Of a stretch of 43,319 nucleotides of DNA, positions 13,288 through 27,432 are shown piece after piece. The notes below the pieces were generated by a model. That model was not told the DNA's origin. It worked only from the letters and a program-made list of their open reading frames with translations, and ran no database searches. The DNA lies in contig NC_068987.1 of assembly GCF_001194135.2 (NCBI RefSeq), forward strand, positions 104,743,254-104,786,572. The letters run 5' to 3'. Position 1 is the stretch's first letter. Each line of letters begins with the position of its first letter. The stretch is from Octopus bimaculoides (taxonomy: Eukaryota). The translations under genes and the position numbers were made by a program.

Positions 13288-13493
13288 AGACCAGCAATTT
13301 TGATGGGGGAGAGGATTAGTTCATACCCGCTCGACTCCTGTAAATGACTGATACTTTTATTTTATCGGCTCCGCAGCGATGTAATACAAAGCTGACCTCG
13401 GTGGAATGTGAACTCAGAATATAAGGAGTCGAAACAAATGCCGCTAAGCAATTTTTCCGATGCTCAAAGGACTCTACCAGCTCAGCACCCTAA
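13288..13493 (-). mobile_element. SINE family B, diverged
   Basis: gacctcggtggaatgtgaactcagaat...gccgctaagc...ccagctc is the reverse complement of the family B head. Confidence 0.65.
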
Positions 13494-16400
13494 TTCTGCC
13501 AAAGAATAGCCATTTTTATGACCTCTTCCTAGCTAAATATGATTTCCAAACCATCATTTATAACAAAAATTTCCTCTTAACATTCAAATATCAAATTTAT
13601 GATTCCATACCCATTAAACGGGTGCACCATTAACCATCTACTATATTAATGAACCATACCAGTCATTGCTTTCCCAGTGTTTTGTAAGTTCCTTGTAAGT
13701 TCCTTGTAATTGAGTGTCCGACTTCCAATTTCGGTCAAATCTATCCAACTCAACCGTTTATCTTTTCATTATTATACTCTGTTGCTCTTGCATTTTCTTC
13801 AAATCCATCTTGTTACTATACCAACCATAACACATTCATGAACATACTGAGCTTGTTTTTAACTAAAATTGTTCTTTTTTTTTTGTCTGGTGCCATGTTT
13901 CTGTGCCATAAGAAATTTTAGGATTGATATAATTTGCTAATTGACGTATTTTCCTTTATTTAGTTATTCTGTTATAAGTAAATCAAGATAATGTAATTGA
14001 CTAATGAAGTGATTTTTTTTTAGCATCTTGAATCTTAGAAACTTAATCGATCATTTCAAAATATTTTTTCATGCTCATTCTTAATCCTACAACTTTGCTT
14101 TCGCTTTCATTGGTTCTTAAAAAGTTTGAAGTATTATGTTGTCTACGAATCGAAGGTGTATGAGAAATTTATCATTGATTTTAATTCCTTTTTTTTGTTT
14201 TTTTTGTTTTTTGTTTTCATCCCAGTTCAGTTCCAAAACACTTCTATGCAGGTTGTGAATAATTTGAAAGGAATAGGATCTCCTTGTCTTACACACTTTT
14301 GGACTTAAAAATCGGTTTGAACTATTGTGTAGTATGATGAAAGATGCAGCATAATGGTAGCTAATATATTTATATGCTATATCACTGCTTGTATTTCTGC
14401 CGAGTCGGATGTTTTATAACGTTCTGATAATTCTACAAAAAGATAATATTGAGAATACGTTTACTAAAGAAATATTCGTTTCTTCCTGGAATATCTAGAA
14501 TCATCAATTCTTTTATTGTGAAAAAAATATATAAAGTGACTATGATATAGCTTTAAAAGATTGAAGAATTACCCTCATATCTTTCTTTTAACCATTCTCA
14601 TTTAAAATGTGTTTATCTTAACCGAAATTTTAAAAAGGAAAACATTTCTTTTTGCTTGTGATCAACATATAGCACAATATTACTTATGTAGCTCTAACTT
14701 CATCTAAGTTATAAACTACTTACATTACACTGCAAAAATAGATCAAGCTACAGAGAACTTTCGTATTGGCGAAGCTTTGCAAAAGACGCACTTAAGAAAT
14801 AGAATAGCAAAATAGTGAAGATGGAGAACTTCTTACGATGCGAAATGGAAAAAGTTCAATAACCTTTATATATTTCATGCACTTATGCCTTTTCTTTGCT
14901 TTTCTTTGAATAAATACATATTCCGTATATTTATTTCAGAAAAACGAAGTGGGAACTTGTAACGTTCATCAGTTTACCAAGACATTATCTGGGATCATAT
15001 ATTTCTCATTCTTTGATGATGATCATCATGTAGGCCTGTAAAAATATTGATTAAATAAAATTATTTGCTTCCTATATTGGCCAAATTGCAGAAAAAAAAA
15101 CTTCGGGATATATTCAAATGTTTCAAATGTTACCAAATCCTTTTAAGCATAAAATATTTTGGCACATTCCTTAAAAACAGGCACTCACCCAATTTAGTTC
15201 GCGATCAGTAGATGAAGCATAAACAAGTAGAAGTTTTTCTAACAATCTACTTGCAGCACGGTAATCGTATAACTTGAAGTGATGGGAATTCCGCCAAGAA
15301 CTCTTCCGAAAATCGTCCAGTCATTAAAACCCTGTCATTCAGTCGATCTCTGTCTACAGAGAATCGTTTCTTCAAATGCATTGTTGAAAAAGTAGGACAT
15401 AAAACTAAGAAATATTCTATTGGATATGCGAAGAAAATACATCGTTTATTAGATTGTATTTTTCAGCGCCAAATCTGGAGAGAAAGACAAGAAATTTATC
15501 ATGATTAATTAACACGGTGCCGCATTAAATGATAAAACAAACGCTTAGTTTAAAATGTTCTACATTTAGAGGGAACGTCGCTTACTTGCTTAGTTTGTAA
15601 TAATCAACGACTTGAAACAATGTATTCAATTCGAAGTATTAAACAACTGCAAAATAATCACTAATGAAAGTGTCAGGCAATAAATAATATTGGCTAAATC
15701 GATCACTCGTCAAGGAATTAAAAACTGCTACGGCCATGACTGACGGAAATGTTTAAAAGACACAGTATTTCTTCTGAAGAATTTAGTTCACAAGTAGATT
15801 ATTTCTAAATAACTGTTTCAATCTCAAGTGTTTCTTGTGTAGATTCATTTCATATTGAATAAAACAAAACATCAATGCAAATTTTGCTTTTGAGAAGTTT
15901 ATCAAGATAAGCAAAATATATTTGATAATGCAATAAAATCGGCTCAGGCGATTTCATTTTTATGATAATACTAATTTAACAGATATGGTATGACTTCTTT
16001 GCACAATACAAACTTGTTCTTTTTTTTTCCTGGTCTATGATATTCAGTCCTTAAAGATTTCTAACATTCGACGTCTTTTGAATTTATAGGTCGCTTCTTT
16101 TTCCTTCTTTGAATAATAAAAAAGAATAATAAAAAATAATTAAAATAAAACAAGTAGTGAAGTCTGAAGTCAACTGAATCGAATACAGTATCTATTGCTG
16201 AGTAATTTTATTGATGTTAGAAGGTTAAAATGTAAAAAGGACATCAGCATCATTTTAACTCAGAACCTTGAGGAATAAAAAGAAATACTGTACTGTATTC
16301 AGTCTGGCTCTTCACTAACTCTCAAACTTTACTATCTTATTCAAACAGTGTTCAAAATATTACTTATAAGTATAGTTTCTACTTTGTATTAAACCGACTG

Positions 16401-17088
16401 TAGTAAACTAAATCCAGTACGAATGGTACAAATGATGTAGACAATAAAAGACTTAAGCTTTGAAGTTAAGAAATGTGGATTGTAATAGTGAATGTTTTGT
16501 TAGCTGAAAATATCGGTGCGTCCACAAATAACATGTAGCACAATATTATAGTGTAAGACCGATAACCAGGAAATATGTTAATACAAATGCATGTTTGTGT
16601 ATGTCTATGTATATGTGTATGCGTACTTGTGTGTAATTCTAATAAATCATGGAAAGTGCATAAAATATGTAATGGTTCAACTACCTCAGTTGTTTTAGCG
16701 GCTAAGAATGCCAGGAAAATTAAAGAAACGCTAGTATTTCATTGGTTGGCCTAATTAATAACTGGGCAGAACAAATATTACTTGTCCGTTAAAATAAAAC
16801 ACAAGATCACATTGTGGTCCATTATGTAACGATAGCAAATATATTATCATGCAAGGGATAAAACACCGGACATGAAACAAGCGAGCCGCTGCAATTTTTC
16901 ATCTTTTATCCTTTCTTTTACTTGTGTCAGTCATTAGACAGCGGCTATGCTACAGCATCGCCTTGAAAAGTTTTGTCTAAAAACTCGAACCCAATACATA
17001 CTTTTTATAAATTCTAGTACCGCCAAGTTACGATGATTAAAAAATCCAACATTAGCTCTCAAGCGGTGATGGAGAACAAACACAACAC

Positions 17089-17145
<57 letters not shown>

Positions 17146-20100
17146 NNNNNNNNNNNNNNNNNNNNNNNNNNNNNNNNNNNNNNNNNNNNNNNNNNNNNNN
17201 NNNNNNNNNNNNNNNNNNNNNNNNNNNNNNNNNNNNNNNNNNNNNNNNNNNNNNNNNNNNNNNNNNNNNNNNNNNNNNNNNNNNNNNNNNNNNNNNNNNN
17301 NNNNNNNNNNNNNNNNNNNNNNNNNNNNNNNNNNNNNNNNNNNNNNNNNNNNNNNNNNNNNNNNNNNNNNNNNNNNNNNNNNNNNNNNNNNNNNNNNNNN
17401 NNNNNNNNNNNNNNNNNNNNNNNNNNNNNNNNNNNNNNNNNNNNNNNNNNNNNNNNNNNNNNNNNNNNNNNNNNNNNNNNNNNNNNNNNNNNNNNNNNNN
17501 NNNNNNNNNNNNNNNNNNNNNNNNNNNNNNNNNNNNNNNNNNNNNNNNNNNNNNNNNNNNNNNNNNNNNNNNNNNNNNNNNNNNNNNNNNNNNNNNNNNN
17601 NNNNNNNNNNNNNNNNNNNNNNNNNNNNNNNNNNNNNNNNNNNNNNNNNNNNNNNNNNNNNNNNNNNNNNNNNNNNNNNNNNNNNNNNNNNNNNNNNNNN
17701 NNNNNNNNNTATATATACCTATCTGTCGTTCGCTCACTCGCTTGCTCAGTCTGAATTGTTTATGCTGCACTGCAAAGACATGGGAATTGACTCAAGCTAT
17801 TGACTTTTTAACAAAATCTTAGCCAACAAAAGAGCCATATATGGTTACTGGATATGATAGCAGTAACAACCACATCTTCTCAATTTACATCCTATAGTCT
17901 TAAAAAAAAGTTTACATTCAACAATGTAGTCCATGTTGTGCAATGCCTGAAAAGAGATTATGGCCGGAATGCTTTTGGATATAGATCTTATCGAACAGAG
18001 TAGATCCTTGGGTTAAATAACAACAATTAATCTTACAGTGTATCAAGCGACGTTGCCTCTATGCGATCGGTTGTCTAATAACAATGAATTCTCCTCCAGA
18101 TAACACCCTACCATCTAAAATAATACTTATATAGCTCTAGACACACAATGCCTGAAAAAGACGGGATGGTCACAATTAAAACTTTGACCATAGTATTCTT
18201 AGTCAGGGATGACGGGAACTAAATTATAAACGCGAAAACAAATATCCGATATCGAAGCAAGAAATGAATATCGTGTAATCAGTTTTAAAAAAGAACAGAC
18301 TATTCACAAAGGGGAAAAACAAAAACATAAGCTAACAGTAAGCTAACTCTAAATACATCGAATCTTAGAACTTTATAGAAACCTTCAACACTTTAATTGA
18401 GGCTGGTATTTTATCTAGAAAAGATGTTCACTAGTTGTCAGAACGGTCAACTACATGCACCGGCCTCTCTGTTGTAAATGCGAATTCACTGACCCGGTCA
18501 TCTTCCTCATAATCACCTTCCTTCGCACAATGCTTTCTATTTCCTCACCATTACATATTGTCGATCTGTAAAGATGACTGGTGTCTTTCTCTGGCAGCTA
18601 TGATGCTGAGTTAAGCGCATCATTAAACGGAAGATTTCAATTTCTTGTAGAGGATGTCAGTGTCATAACATTTTCTGCCTTTCTCAAAGTGAAGCCTTAA
18701 GTTTTGGTGAATATTATTCTCTAGAATTATCTTGCTTTTCTTGGCCTAAATTAAACAGCTATTTGATTGCCGTAAGGTTATAGAAGTGATGATTGACAGC
18801 AAATGTCGAGGAACGAGGTTGCTATATGAAGGATGAGAGAAGTTTGTAAGATAGAGAAAAAAAGAAAGAACAATAAGAAAGAAATCAAACAAGGAAGAAA
18901 AAGAGAAAGAAGCAAACAAATAAACAAAGAGATAAAGGGAGAAAAACAAATGGCGAAACAAACAGTGAAAAGAAAATTGAAGAGCGAAGAAAAATACATA
19001 AAAATAAAAAGAGAAAGAAAGGCATTTATAAATGGGTGAAGGTCAAATAAAGACATTGGAAGAATCGTGTGAGGAAAGAACGAATGAGCGATATAGTAAT
19101 AATGCAAGTGTGAGCTCGATGTTAGGAGAGAATGATTGTTAATAAAGTGTGAAGAGTGTAAGGGAATGAAGAGAAAAGAGGAAGGGGAAAACGAAAGAAA
19201 AGAATTCGTTTTTCAGGGGTGATCCATCATTTTTGCTTTATTTCGCTTGTTTTACGTTCGGATAAGTTTAATACCGTTTTGGTTGTCTCTATGGAAACAC
19301 GCCTGTTTGATGTTTCCAGCAGGTTTAATGTTAGAACGATTCCTTTTTGATGACTGCGTTGTTTTATAGCTGCATGAAAGACACTAACTGTCTTCTGCAC
19401 AGCGGCTCATTGGGTTTCATTTCTTCTTACTAGTATTGTGCAAAATTAAAGGAATTATTAAAACTTTGCAGAACACTTTGCAATAAAATGAGGGCAATTA
19501 TTTTGATAAAACGAAAACATTATTTTAATCTAAATGCCACAATGTACATGTGCCTATATGTATCTACCTCTGTAGATGAACAATGAAGGGTCAATTTTAA
19601 TTGTATACTATTTCTCCCCACGCGCTATCTCGATTCTAGTTCCTCATTGAAATATATTTACTTCACTTACGCCACTAAACCATAAATGTTTTACAATCAT
19701 GTTTCCTTCCTCTATAAATCTGTGGTCTCGTAAAGAAACTTATTACGTTGCTTTTCATGAAGACAAGAAATTCTTGCATTGGCACAACACCACAAATTTA
19801 TGTAGTAAAAATATAAACGAATGAATCGGATCAATACTTAATTAATATGTATTTTATTGCTACCAGTGAGATGCCAACTTCAGTGGTATTTCATCTCAGG
19901 ACAAAACTAAATGCTGAACTGAAGAGAGTTACCGTTTCTGCTGTTCCTCTAAATTTCTCTCTTTTAATAGATGGTATGTAAATTCTTTTATACGATACAA
20001 ACAAGAAGGTGATATTTTTCCGAACGTGACATGGCCGTTAGGACAGCAGAAATAATGAGTAAATTACCGTTACAAGGCGGAAAAAGTTTGTTATATTTGT

Positions 20101-20229
20101 GTTACATATAATGTTGGGTTCTAAACTGCATTTAAATTCACGACTTAGTTTCGATTCTCAGTTAGAAACAACTTCGCTTTATCTTTTTCCTATGTATGGA
20201 ATAAACACCAACATTTCCTTGCTGAGTTT

Positions 20230-20820
20230 GGAGGAGGAAGCAGTGCTCATAATCATTGCGTGTCCTTCGAGGTCGGTGAGCCTAATCCAAATGATGTTCC
20301 AAGTAAACTGTTGCAACAAGGGTAACATAGGTTGCAGAGACGCGATGACCCGAGTGGAGGAAGTGCTGTGCCAGCCAGCTCCATGGAACAGTGACCATCA
20401 TAGAGGAAATTAAAAAAATATGACAGAGGGAGAAGGTGACACACCTGTGGGCCAGAGTGGAGTTGCCATTCTCTGGATGTGATCCTGGATGTCTGGATGC
20501 ATAACAGCAGCACCGTCACAGATGTAGAAGTAATATTCCATTGTTGACCTCAATCAAGCTTTGTAGAGTGTCAAAATTGTTGGGGGCTGAAATATTTTCT
20601 GGTCCTGGATAGAAGAGCCAGTGTTTGGAATGTAGTCCTGGGTATGCTGAGGATCTATTTTTACCAAGAGAGTTCCTCGGTGACATTGAGACCCAGCATT
20701 AGGAACAACTGTAAGGGCTCAAGTTGATTGCCACTCATTTTGGGCAATGTAGAAATGGTGTTTTCTTGATATGAGTTGTACATTAGATTTTTGCTCTTAA
20801 ACAAGATTGGCATGGTCCCC
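20230..20820 (-). mobile_element. Decayed CR1/L2/Jockey-group LINE, RT C-terminal region
   Basis: Frameshifted fragments LGLNVTEELSW, LALLSRTRKYFSP, LTLYKA*LRSTMEY, DGHCSMEL...PP resemble the post-RT consensus of these LINEs. Confidence 0.55.
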
Positions 20821-21909
20821 CTAACGGACACTCTTAAAGTGGCCGTTCATGGAATAAGTGCAGGTTTGGCGTGTAGTGTCAAGAACTTCTCATGTAGCAT
20901 CGTGTAGTGTCAAGAACTCCAGAACTTGACTAATACTTTATTACATCAACTCAGGCAAGAGTGAAAAGCAAAGATGACTTCAGTGGGATTTGAACTCAGA
21001 GTGTAAAGAGCTAGAACAAATACCACTACTCGTTTTCCCGATGTTTTCACGAATTTTCCATTCAGAGTAATGTGTACAATACCGTACACAACAGTCCCTT
21101 TTTGTTGCGTAGCAATACATGGGAAAAGCTATTGAAAATTATTTCTATTTTCACGATCTCAGAGAAAAATTGAACTACTTCCGGTTGAGTCACTTATGCT
21201 ATTTCCTCATTGAGTCTTCTGTAAACATGAAGCCTGTCCCTACAGATATAACATAAGGTTCTACATAAAAGGTGCTTCCTCTCTCATATGTTTAGACACA
21301 TTCCTCCATATCACTATAGATTCACAGAAATGTTTGTTTTCGTTTGAGAAGAGACCAACAAATTCTCCATATCGCAAGGTATTTTTAAGTTTGTACACGT
21401 AATGAATTTAAAGAAACTATAAAATCAAAATGAAACAAACAAGCAATCTCGTTGTTGCCATAACACTATTTTTATTCCTCCTCTTTCTGTATATTTCTTC
21501 TTTATTTTCTCAAGAATTTTTACGCTAAGCGTTTCCTTTTTGCTTTGTTCATATTTTTTTAATCACAAGGACATAAATGTGGATACGAAATTAAAGGAAC
21601 AGAAAATGTCTAAAGCAAAACTGAGAAATGCAATTGTGTATACTTAAAAGGCTAATGCAATTGTAATGTAATTATTTTCTACTTCTAACATATTTTCTCT
21701 ACCTGAAAGAAACCTTATTTTCAGTCAGTTTATTGTTGTAAACTATTAAACTCAATTTATAATTTAACTCCTTATGAAAGCATTTTCAAGTTGCATGCTA
21801 GATATTTGGTGTCTTACGTAACAAAATAGTGTGTGGGTGAATTTTGCCATTTATCAAATAATGTCTTGCACAATTAACTAACGTTTCCTCTATCAATTTG
21901 ATTTTATAG

Positions 21910-22406
21910 GAGCCCAGTTTTCAGTTGAAGATGAAAATAAAAGAACGAGAACAGCATATACAAGGGGTCAGTTGCTTGAATTGGAAAAAGAATTCCACTT
22001 CAACAAATATATTTCCAGACCACGTCGGATCGAACTAGCAGCGATGTTGAACTTAACTGAAAGACACATCAAAATTTGGTTCCAGAATCGTCGTATGAAG
22101 TGGAAAAAAGACGAAGCAAAACGCCGACCGCGACCGTTGGCAATGTCACCTAGTAGTAACGTGTCACAGACTAATAGCGCAAGTAATGGTTCACCTCCAA
22201 CGGGTAACAATTCAAGTACATTAAATAGCTGCGGTAGAAACAGCACATCGATATCCAACCGCAGCAGTAATAACTGTGATGGCAGTCTCTCGCCTACTTT
22301 AGATAGTCCTCGTAGAATCAAGGGCATGACTGGTTGCAGAGACTCCTCAGATGAGAATGGTATACCGTCACCGCAAAGACATTCTGATGGTTACGACAGC
22401 ACTTAA
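21910..22406 (+). CDS. Xlox: Xlox/Pdx (ParaHox) homeobox gene, terminal coding exon (homeodomain 21936-22115 plus Ser/Asn-rich C-terminal tail)
   Basis: Acceptor ttgattttatag ends at 21909. Exon reads (G)[73 protein letters not shown]...DGYDST, stop TAA 22404-22406. The [12 protein letters not shown] and [12 protein letters not shown] motifs (His at homeodomain position 44) are diagnostic of the Pdx/Xlox class. Phase-1 intron precedes it; the true exon starts upstream of the ORF-track start at 21972. Confidence 0.96.
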
Positions 22407-22566
22407 TCACCTGAACACCTTCACAGATTTAAAAGAAAACTTCACATTAATATAATCTAAATTTTTATACCCTGTGCTTTTGCTTATCTGTATACTTTAT
22501 GTATGTTCTGAGTAAAGCCAGGAAGCAATTATAAAACTGGCAGTTTGTGAATTATACATAGATGCA

Positions 22567-22587
22567 AATAAAGGTATGATGAATAAA
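22567..22587 (+). terminator. Candidate polyadenylation signals of Xlox (AATAAA at 22567-22572 and 22582-22587; another at 22870-22875)
   Basis: AATAAA hexamers 160-180 nt after the stop codon. Weak evidence because the sequence is very AT-rich. Confidence 0.3.
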
Positions 22588-23187
22588 TATTAGACAATAT
22601 TAAATTATAAAAGCTATCGATGTTTTAAAACATTATCGATCGGTCATTTGCTTACACCCTAATGTTTCGACATTTATTCGATCAAGTTTTCATAATATAC
22701 TTGTTATGAGGGTGGCAAAATACTAAGAAATCAACATAGCTAGAAACACATATCAACAAAATAATTTTTGTCTTTATCCTCGTCAACATAATGTAACAGG
22801 GCATGCGGGTGTATTTTATGAATTTACTTTATTATCAAACATAAAAAAAAGTTTCAAATTATGTAAAGCAATAAAGAATATAATAGATACAATGAATCCA
22901 ATATGTCTAGTTTGGTAGCATTTGTACAAAACCAAATTCATAATGTTCGGCATAATCATATATGAGTCAGATTTAATATGTGTATATATAATGCAAAAGT
23001 TGTAAACTATGTAAAGATGTAATTTACAGAGTGCAAAGATTATTTTATACATTGGGTAGCGGATAGACATATATATCACATCGAAAATTTACAATCTACT
23101 CTGAATTTGGTTCTTACCTGGAATGACCCCTTAAGTCGTGTGCAGCCCAACTTGATGCAACATTTAGTGGACACACCGATGGTGATC

Positions 23188-23226
<39 letters not shown>

Positions 23227-23784
23227 TGTGTATTTCTTCTATCTTAATGAATAAAAATTCTTCTGATAGAATAAATGGGTTAATNNNNNNNNNNNNNNNN
23301 NNNNNNNNNNNNNNNNNNNNNNNNNNNNNNNNNNNNNNNNNNNNNNNNNNNNNNNNNNNNNNNNNNNNNNNNNNNNNNNNNNNNNNNNNNNNNNNNNNNN
23401 NNNNNNNNNNNNNNNNNNNNNNNNNNNNNNNNNNNNNNNNNNNNNNNNNNNNNNNNNNNNNNNNNNNNNNNNNNNNNNNNNNNNNNNNNNNNNNNNNNNN
23501 NNNNNNNNNNNNNNNNNNNNNNNNNNNNNNNNNNNNNNNNNNNNNNNNNNNNNNNNNNNNNNNNNNNNNNNNNNNNNNNNNNNNNNNNNNNNNNNNNNNN
23601 NNNNNNNNNNNNNNNNNNNNNNNNNNNNNNNNNNNNNNNNNNNNNNNNNNNNNNNNNNNNATATATATATATATATATATTCATGCATCCATACATGCGT
23701 ACGTACATATACATACATACATGTGTGCATATATATGTATGTTTCTACATTTCTGTACACTTATACAGGCACACACACATACAC

Positions 23785-23823
<39 letters not shown>

Positions 23824-24253
23824 CATATATCTATATACATTTATTTTATATATATGTGTATGTATATATGCTATGTGCGTGCCCGTGTGTGTGTCGACCG
23901 ATAAACATATGGGACTACAATTTGATTCATAAATTATTGACGCGTTAATGGCGAGGTGTTTATTTTTTTACAATGATGTAGAGTACTACAGGATACATCA
24001 ATAAATTTTAGTCAACAGTGTTTACATAGTGTGATGAAAACACCTTATCTTTATATGCAATATCTTGATGCAAACAAAAAGATGGGTGAGATGGACTTCT
24101 TTCAAACATCCTCAGAAATATTTAAAAAAACAAAACAACTACAACACTAAGAAAATATATTTAGAATGTACAACATCTATGGAAATCTATCAATATAACT
24201 GATTTTGAACTTGGTTTGCAAGACTTATGATGTGAACTCGTCTGTTGAAACAG

Positions 24254-24636
24254 ATTTTGTTGTATCTCGGAAGGGTCATTATGCTAATCATAAACACACG
24301 CACTGGCTCTAGATCACTTATTATCATTAATGTTATTATTGTTAGTTAGTTAGTTAAGCATTTAGCTAATTAACTAATTGATCATTTGAGCAAGCCTGGA
24401 CTAGAGAGAGAGCATGTCATTGACGAGGTCGCGATTGACGATGAAAGGACTTTTAAAACCTAACTGGCTGATTGATTGAGCAACTAAACAAACGATTAAT
24501 TAAACAATCGATTAACTAATTGGTAAATGGTTAACTAAATGACTATTAATACGAAGACTAATGATGATAATAAAAAAAAATAAAATAGAACCAGTGCGTG
24601 TGTTTGCATAACGACCTTCGTGAGATAAAACAAAAT
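24254..24636. repeat. Long degenerate foldback element
   Basis: Ends attttgttgtatctcggaagggtcattatgc...aaacacacgcactgg pair with ccagtgcgtgtgtttgcataacgaccttcgtgagataaaacaaaat; internal arms pair loosely. Confidence 0.7.
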
Positions 24637-24686
24637 GCCAATTTACCGCTTTTCATGTTAACGCAACTTTTCTAGCTAACAACTTT

Positions 24687-25671
24687 TTAAACACCTTTTT
24701 GAAAAGAAAATTGGTTCTGCATATCAAAAAAGAAAAAAAAATTAGCGCTGCCTCCTTCAAAATCTTGATTGTTGAAGAAGAACTTTTTTGGTGTTGTGGA
24801 AAAGATAGAAATCGTATGATTTAAAGGTGTGAAAGAAGGATCGTTCCAGAGTCGGCTAAAATTGAGTATGTTAATCCGTAAGTGTGTACTGAAGCACAAT
24901 CCCACAGGAATTACAAATATGTGACTCAACTTTTCTACTTTTACTTTCACATTTGAAACATCAAGTTGGATTAGTATTCACACGCAATTTTTATCCATTT
25001 TTTTTGCAAAATCTACATTAATACCGCGACGAATTCCGAAAAATTTTAGCATCAGAGCTTTTCCCCAAGCAACTTCCACTCTTTTGATTCGTATATTAAG
25101 CCGGTCACATAAATATACAACGAAGTTTCATCAATGATTCCAATGTTTTTGTAAATATAACTTGTCTTTTTGAAGCCAAAATTGAAATATTGTGTTTGCA
25201 GATTTCCTCTCGTCGTCTTTCCATCATTTCAGGTAACAGTAATCTTGCTACAAAATTGTGAAGAACACAGTTTTCTAATTCCACAACCCTTTAGAATATA
25301 CTCGTAGTTTCTTGGCTGCTGTTGTGAAGCAAATAATTTCCCTTCATGTTACATTTAGAGCTGATGACTTCAGCTATCTTCAGCGGTAATTCAATACCAA
25401 TTTCAGCAGGTTTCTTCAAACCTATCTTCATCTTCCACGGTTGTTCTACCATTTCTATATACACTTTATACACTTTCTATATACACTAAAGCAAATATTT
25501 ATTACTTTGGAAGGTAGCCACTCAGTGCTCTTCCTCATAAAACCTCATTACTTTTCGATATTCTATGCCGATAACTGACTTTTTTGAGACTCGAGTCGCT
25601 TCGGCTGCAGAGTTTCCTTTTTCGTACACATAAAGCATTATGTACCTCAAATGCGCTTTGGATACTTCCAC
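24687..25671 (-). mobile_element. Second, more decayed mariner relic
   Basis: N-terminus VEVSKAHLRYIMLYVYEKGNSAAEATR (25671-25591) fits the mariner N-terminal HTH pattern. Downstream parts are only weakly recognisable. Confidence 0.5.
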
Positions 25672-26873
25672 GTTAGAAAGGGTTTCAATCAAAGAAATTT
25701 TAATTCTATCGTTCTGTAAAATAATATTTAATTAGTTTAAATGTACACAAATGCATAGAAATAATTTTTAATTCCATTAGACATTCTGAAATACTATTGA
25801 ATTACATTCAATTTTAAAAAAGGTAAAATCGGACAGAACTTATGGGATGACCTGATATATTTAAATTCTAAAGGATCTCCAGTATCTGCATTACTTGTTG
25901 ACACAGTTTTATTTGCTGAAAATGGAGGAAGGTATAGTTCCCATGGCCTCTCAAAGGCTCTCCGATATTCAATTAAACGGTTGCTATTCAATATCTGCAA
26001 TAAAAAAAATTAATAAGGAAAGAGACTTCCATAGGAGCAGCCTTCTAGGTAGGAAAGCCCGTGTACTCTGGTTACTGTGTGGCCTGAGGTAAGACAAAAA
26101 AAAATGGGTGATAAAGAAAGGAGAAATGAGCAAGTAGGAAGTGTCTGAATAAAAGCACTAAGAGTTGAACCACCTGTGAGGAGCAGAAACTATTACACTA
26201 GCGGTAGAAAAAGCGGAGGGAGAACCAGAAAGTTGAACGTGTCTGTGAATGAAGTATACCAATCCATCAAGTGTCCTAACACTGTATGATANNNNNNNNN
26301 NNNNNNNNNNNNNNNNNNNNNNNNNNNNNNNNNNNNNNNNNNNNNNNNNNNNNNNNNNNNNNNNNNNNNNNNNNNNNNNNNNNNNNNNNNNNNNNNNNNN
26401 NNNNNNNNNNNNNNNNNNNNNNNNNNNNNNNNNNNNNNNNNNNNNNNNNNNNNNNNNNNNNNNNNNNNNNNNNNNNNNNNNNNNNNNNNNNNNNNNNNNN
26501 NNNNNNNNNNNNNNNNNNNNNNNNNNNNNNNNNNNNNNNNNNNNNNNNNNNNNNNNNNNNNNNNNNNNNNNNNNNNNNNNNNNNNNNNNNNNNNNNNNNN
26601 NNNNNNNNNNNNNNNNNNNNNNNNNNNNNNNNNNNNNNNNNNNNNNNNNNNNNNNNNNNNNNNNNNNNNNNNNNNNNNNNNNNNNNNNNNNNNNNNNNNN
26701 NNNNNNNNNNNNNNNNNNNNNNNNNNNNNNNNNNNNNNNNNNNNNNNNNNNNNNNNNNNNNNNNNNNNNNNNNNNNNNNNNNNNNNNNNNNNNNNNNNNN
26801 NNNNNNNNNNNNNNNNNNNNNNNNNNNNNNNNNNNNNNNNNNNNNNNNNNNNNNNNNNNNNNNNNNNNNNNNN

Positions 26874-26994
26874 AGCAAAGGAATATTTCAAGACTACAGC
26901 CAGGATGTGGCTAGAATCTGTCGAGGTCAACTCTGAAATGGCCTCGACAGATTCTAGCCACATCCTGGCTGTAGTCTTGAAATATTCCTTTGCT
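26874..26994. repeat. Perfect 53-bp inverted repeat with 15-nt spacer
   Basis: 26874-26926 is the exact reverse complement of 26942-26994; the left arm is cut by a gap. Confidence 0.95.
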
Positions 26995-27432
26995 TTGTGA
27001 AAATTACTTCTCATCTGATTATTACGGTCTTTTATAACGATGCAATGTTCTCATTCTTCTATTGAAAAGTTACGTAAGAAACAGTTGTAATGAGATGGCA
27101 ATTATCCATCGTTTGTTATTATTCATTTGATTACAATACACCAAGGTAACTTACGACTTGTCGGATACTCTAAAGTATACCAACAACGTAACTATTCAAA
27201 GTAACGCGTGATTTTGACCGGCCCTTTAGGAGCTAAATACTCATAGGGATGGTTTTCTCTGTGTACACAACTGTAATATACTATTTGATATTTCGACTCT
27301 CACCAACCATAGGCTTGAACCACAAACCCTTCCTGGTGCATGCCTTTCCAAATACCTGATTCTATCTGAATACTCATCTTATATATATATATATATATAC
27401 ACACGTTTATGAGGAGGTCACAGATGTGTGAC

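Noticed and set aside
18746-19200. K/R/E-rich ORF 18833-19039 and its F/L/S-rich antisense ORFs
   Set aside because: Low-complexity purine-rich tract with no domain or convincing splice context.
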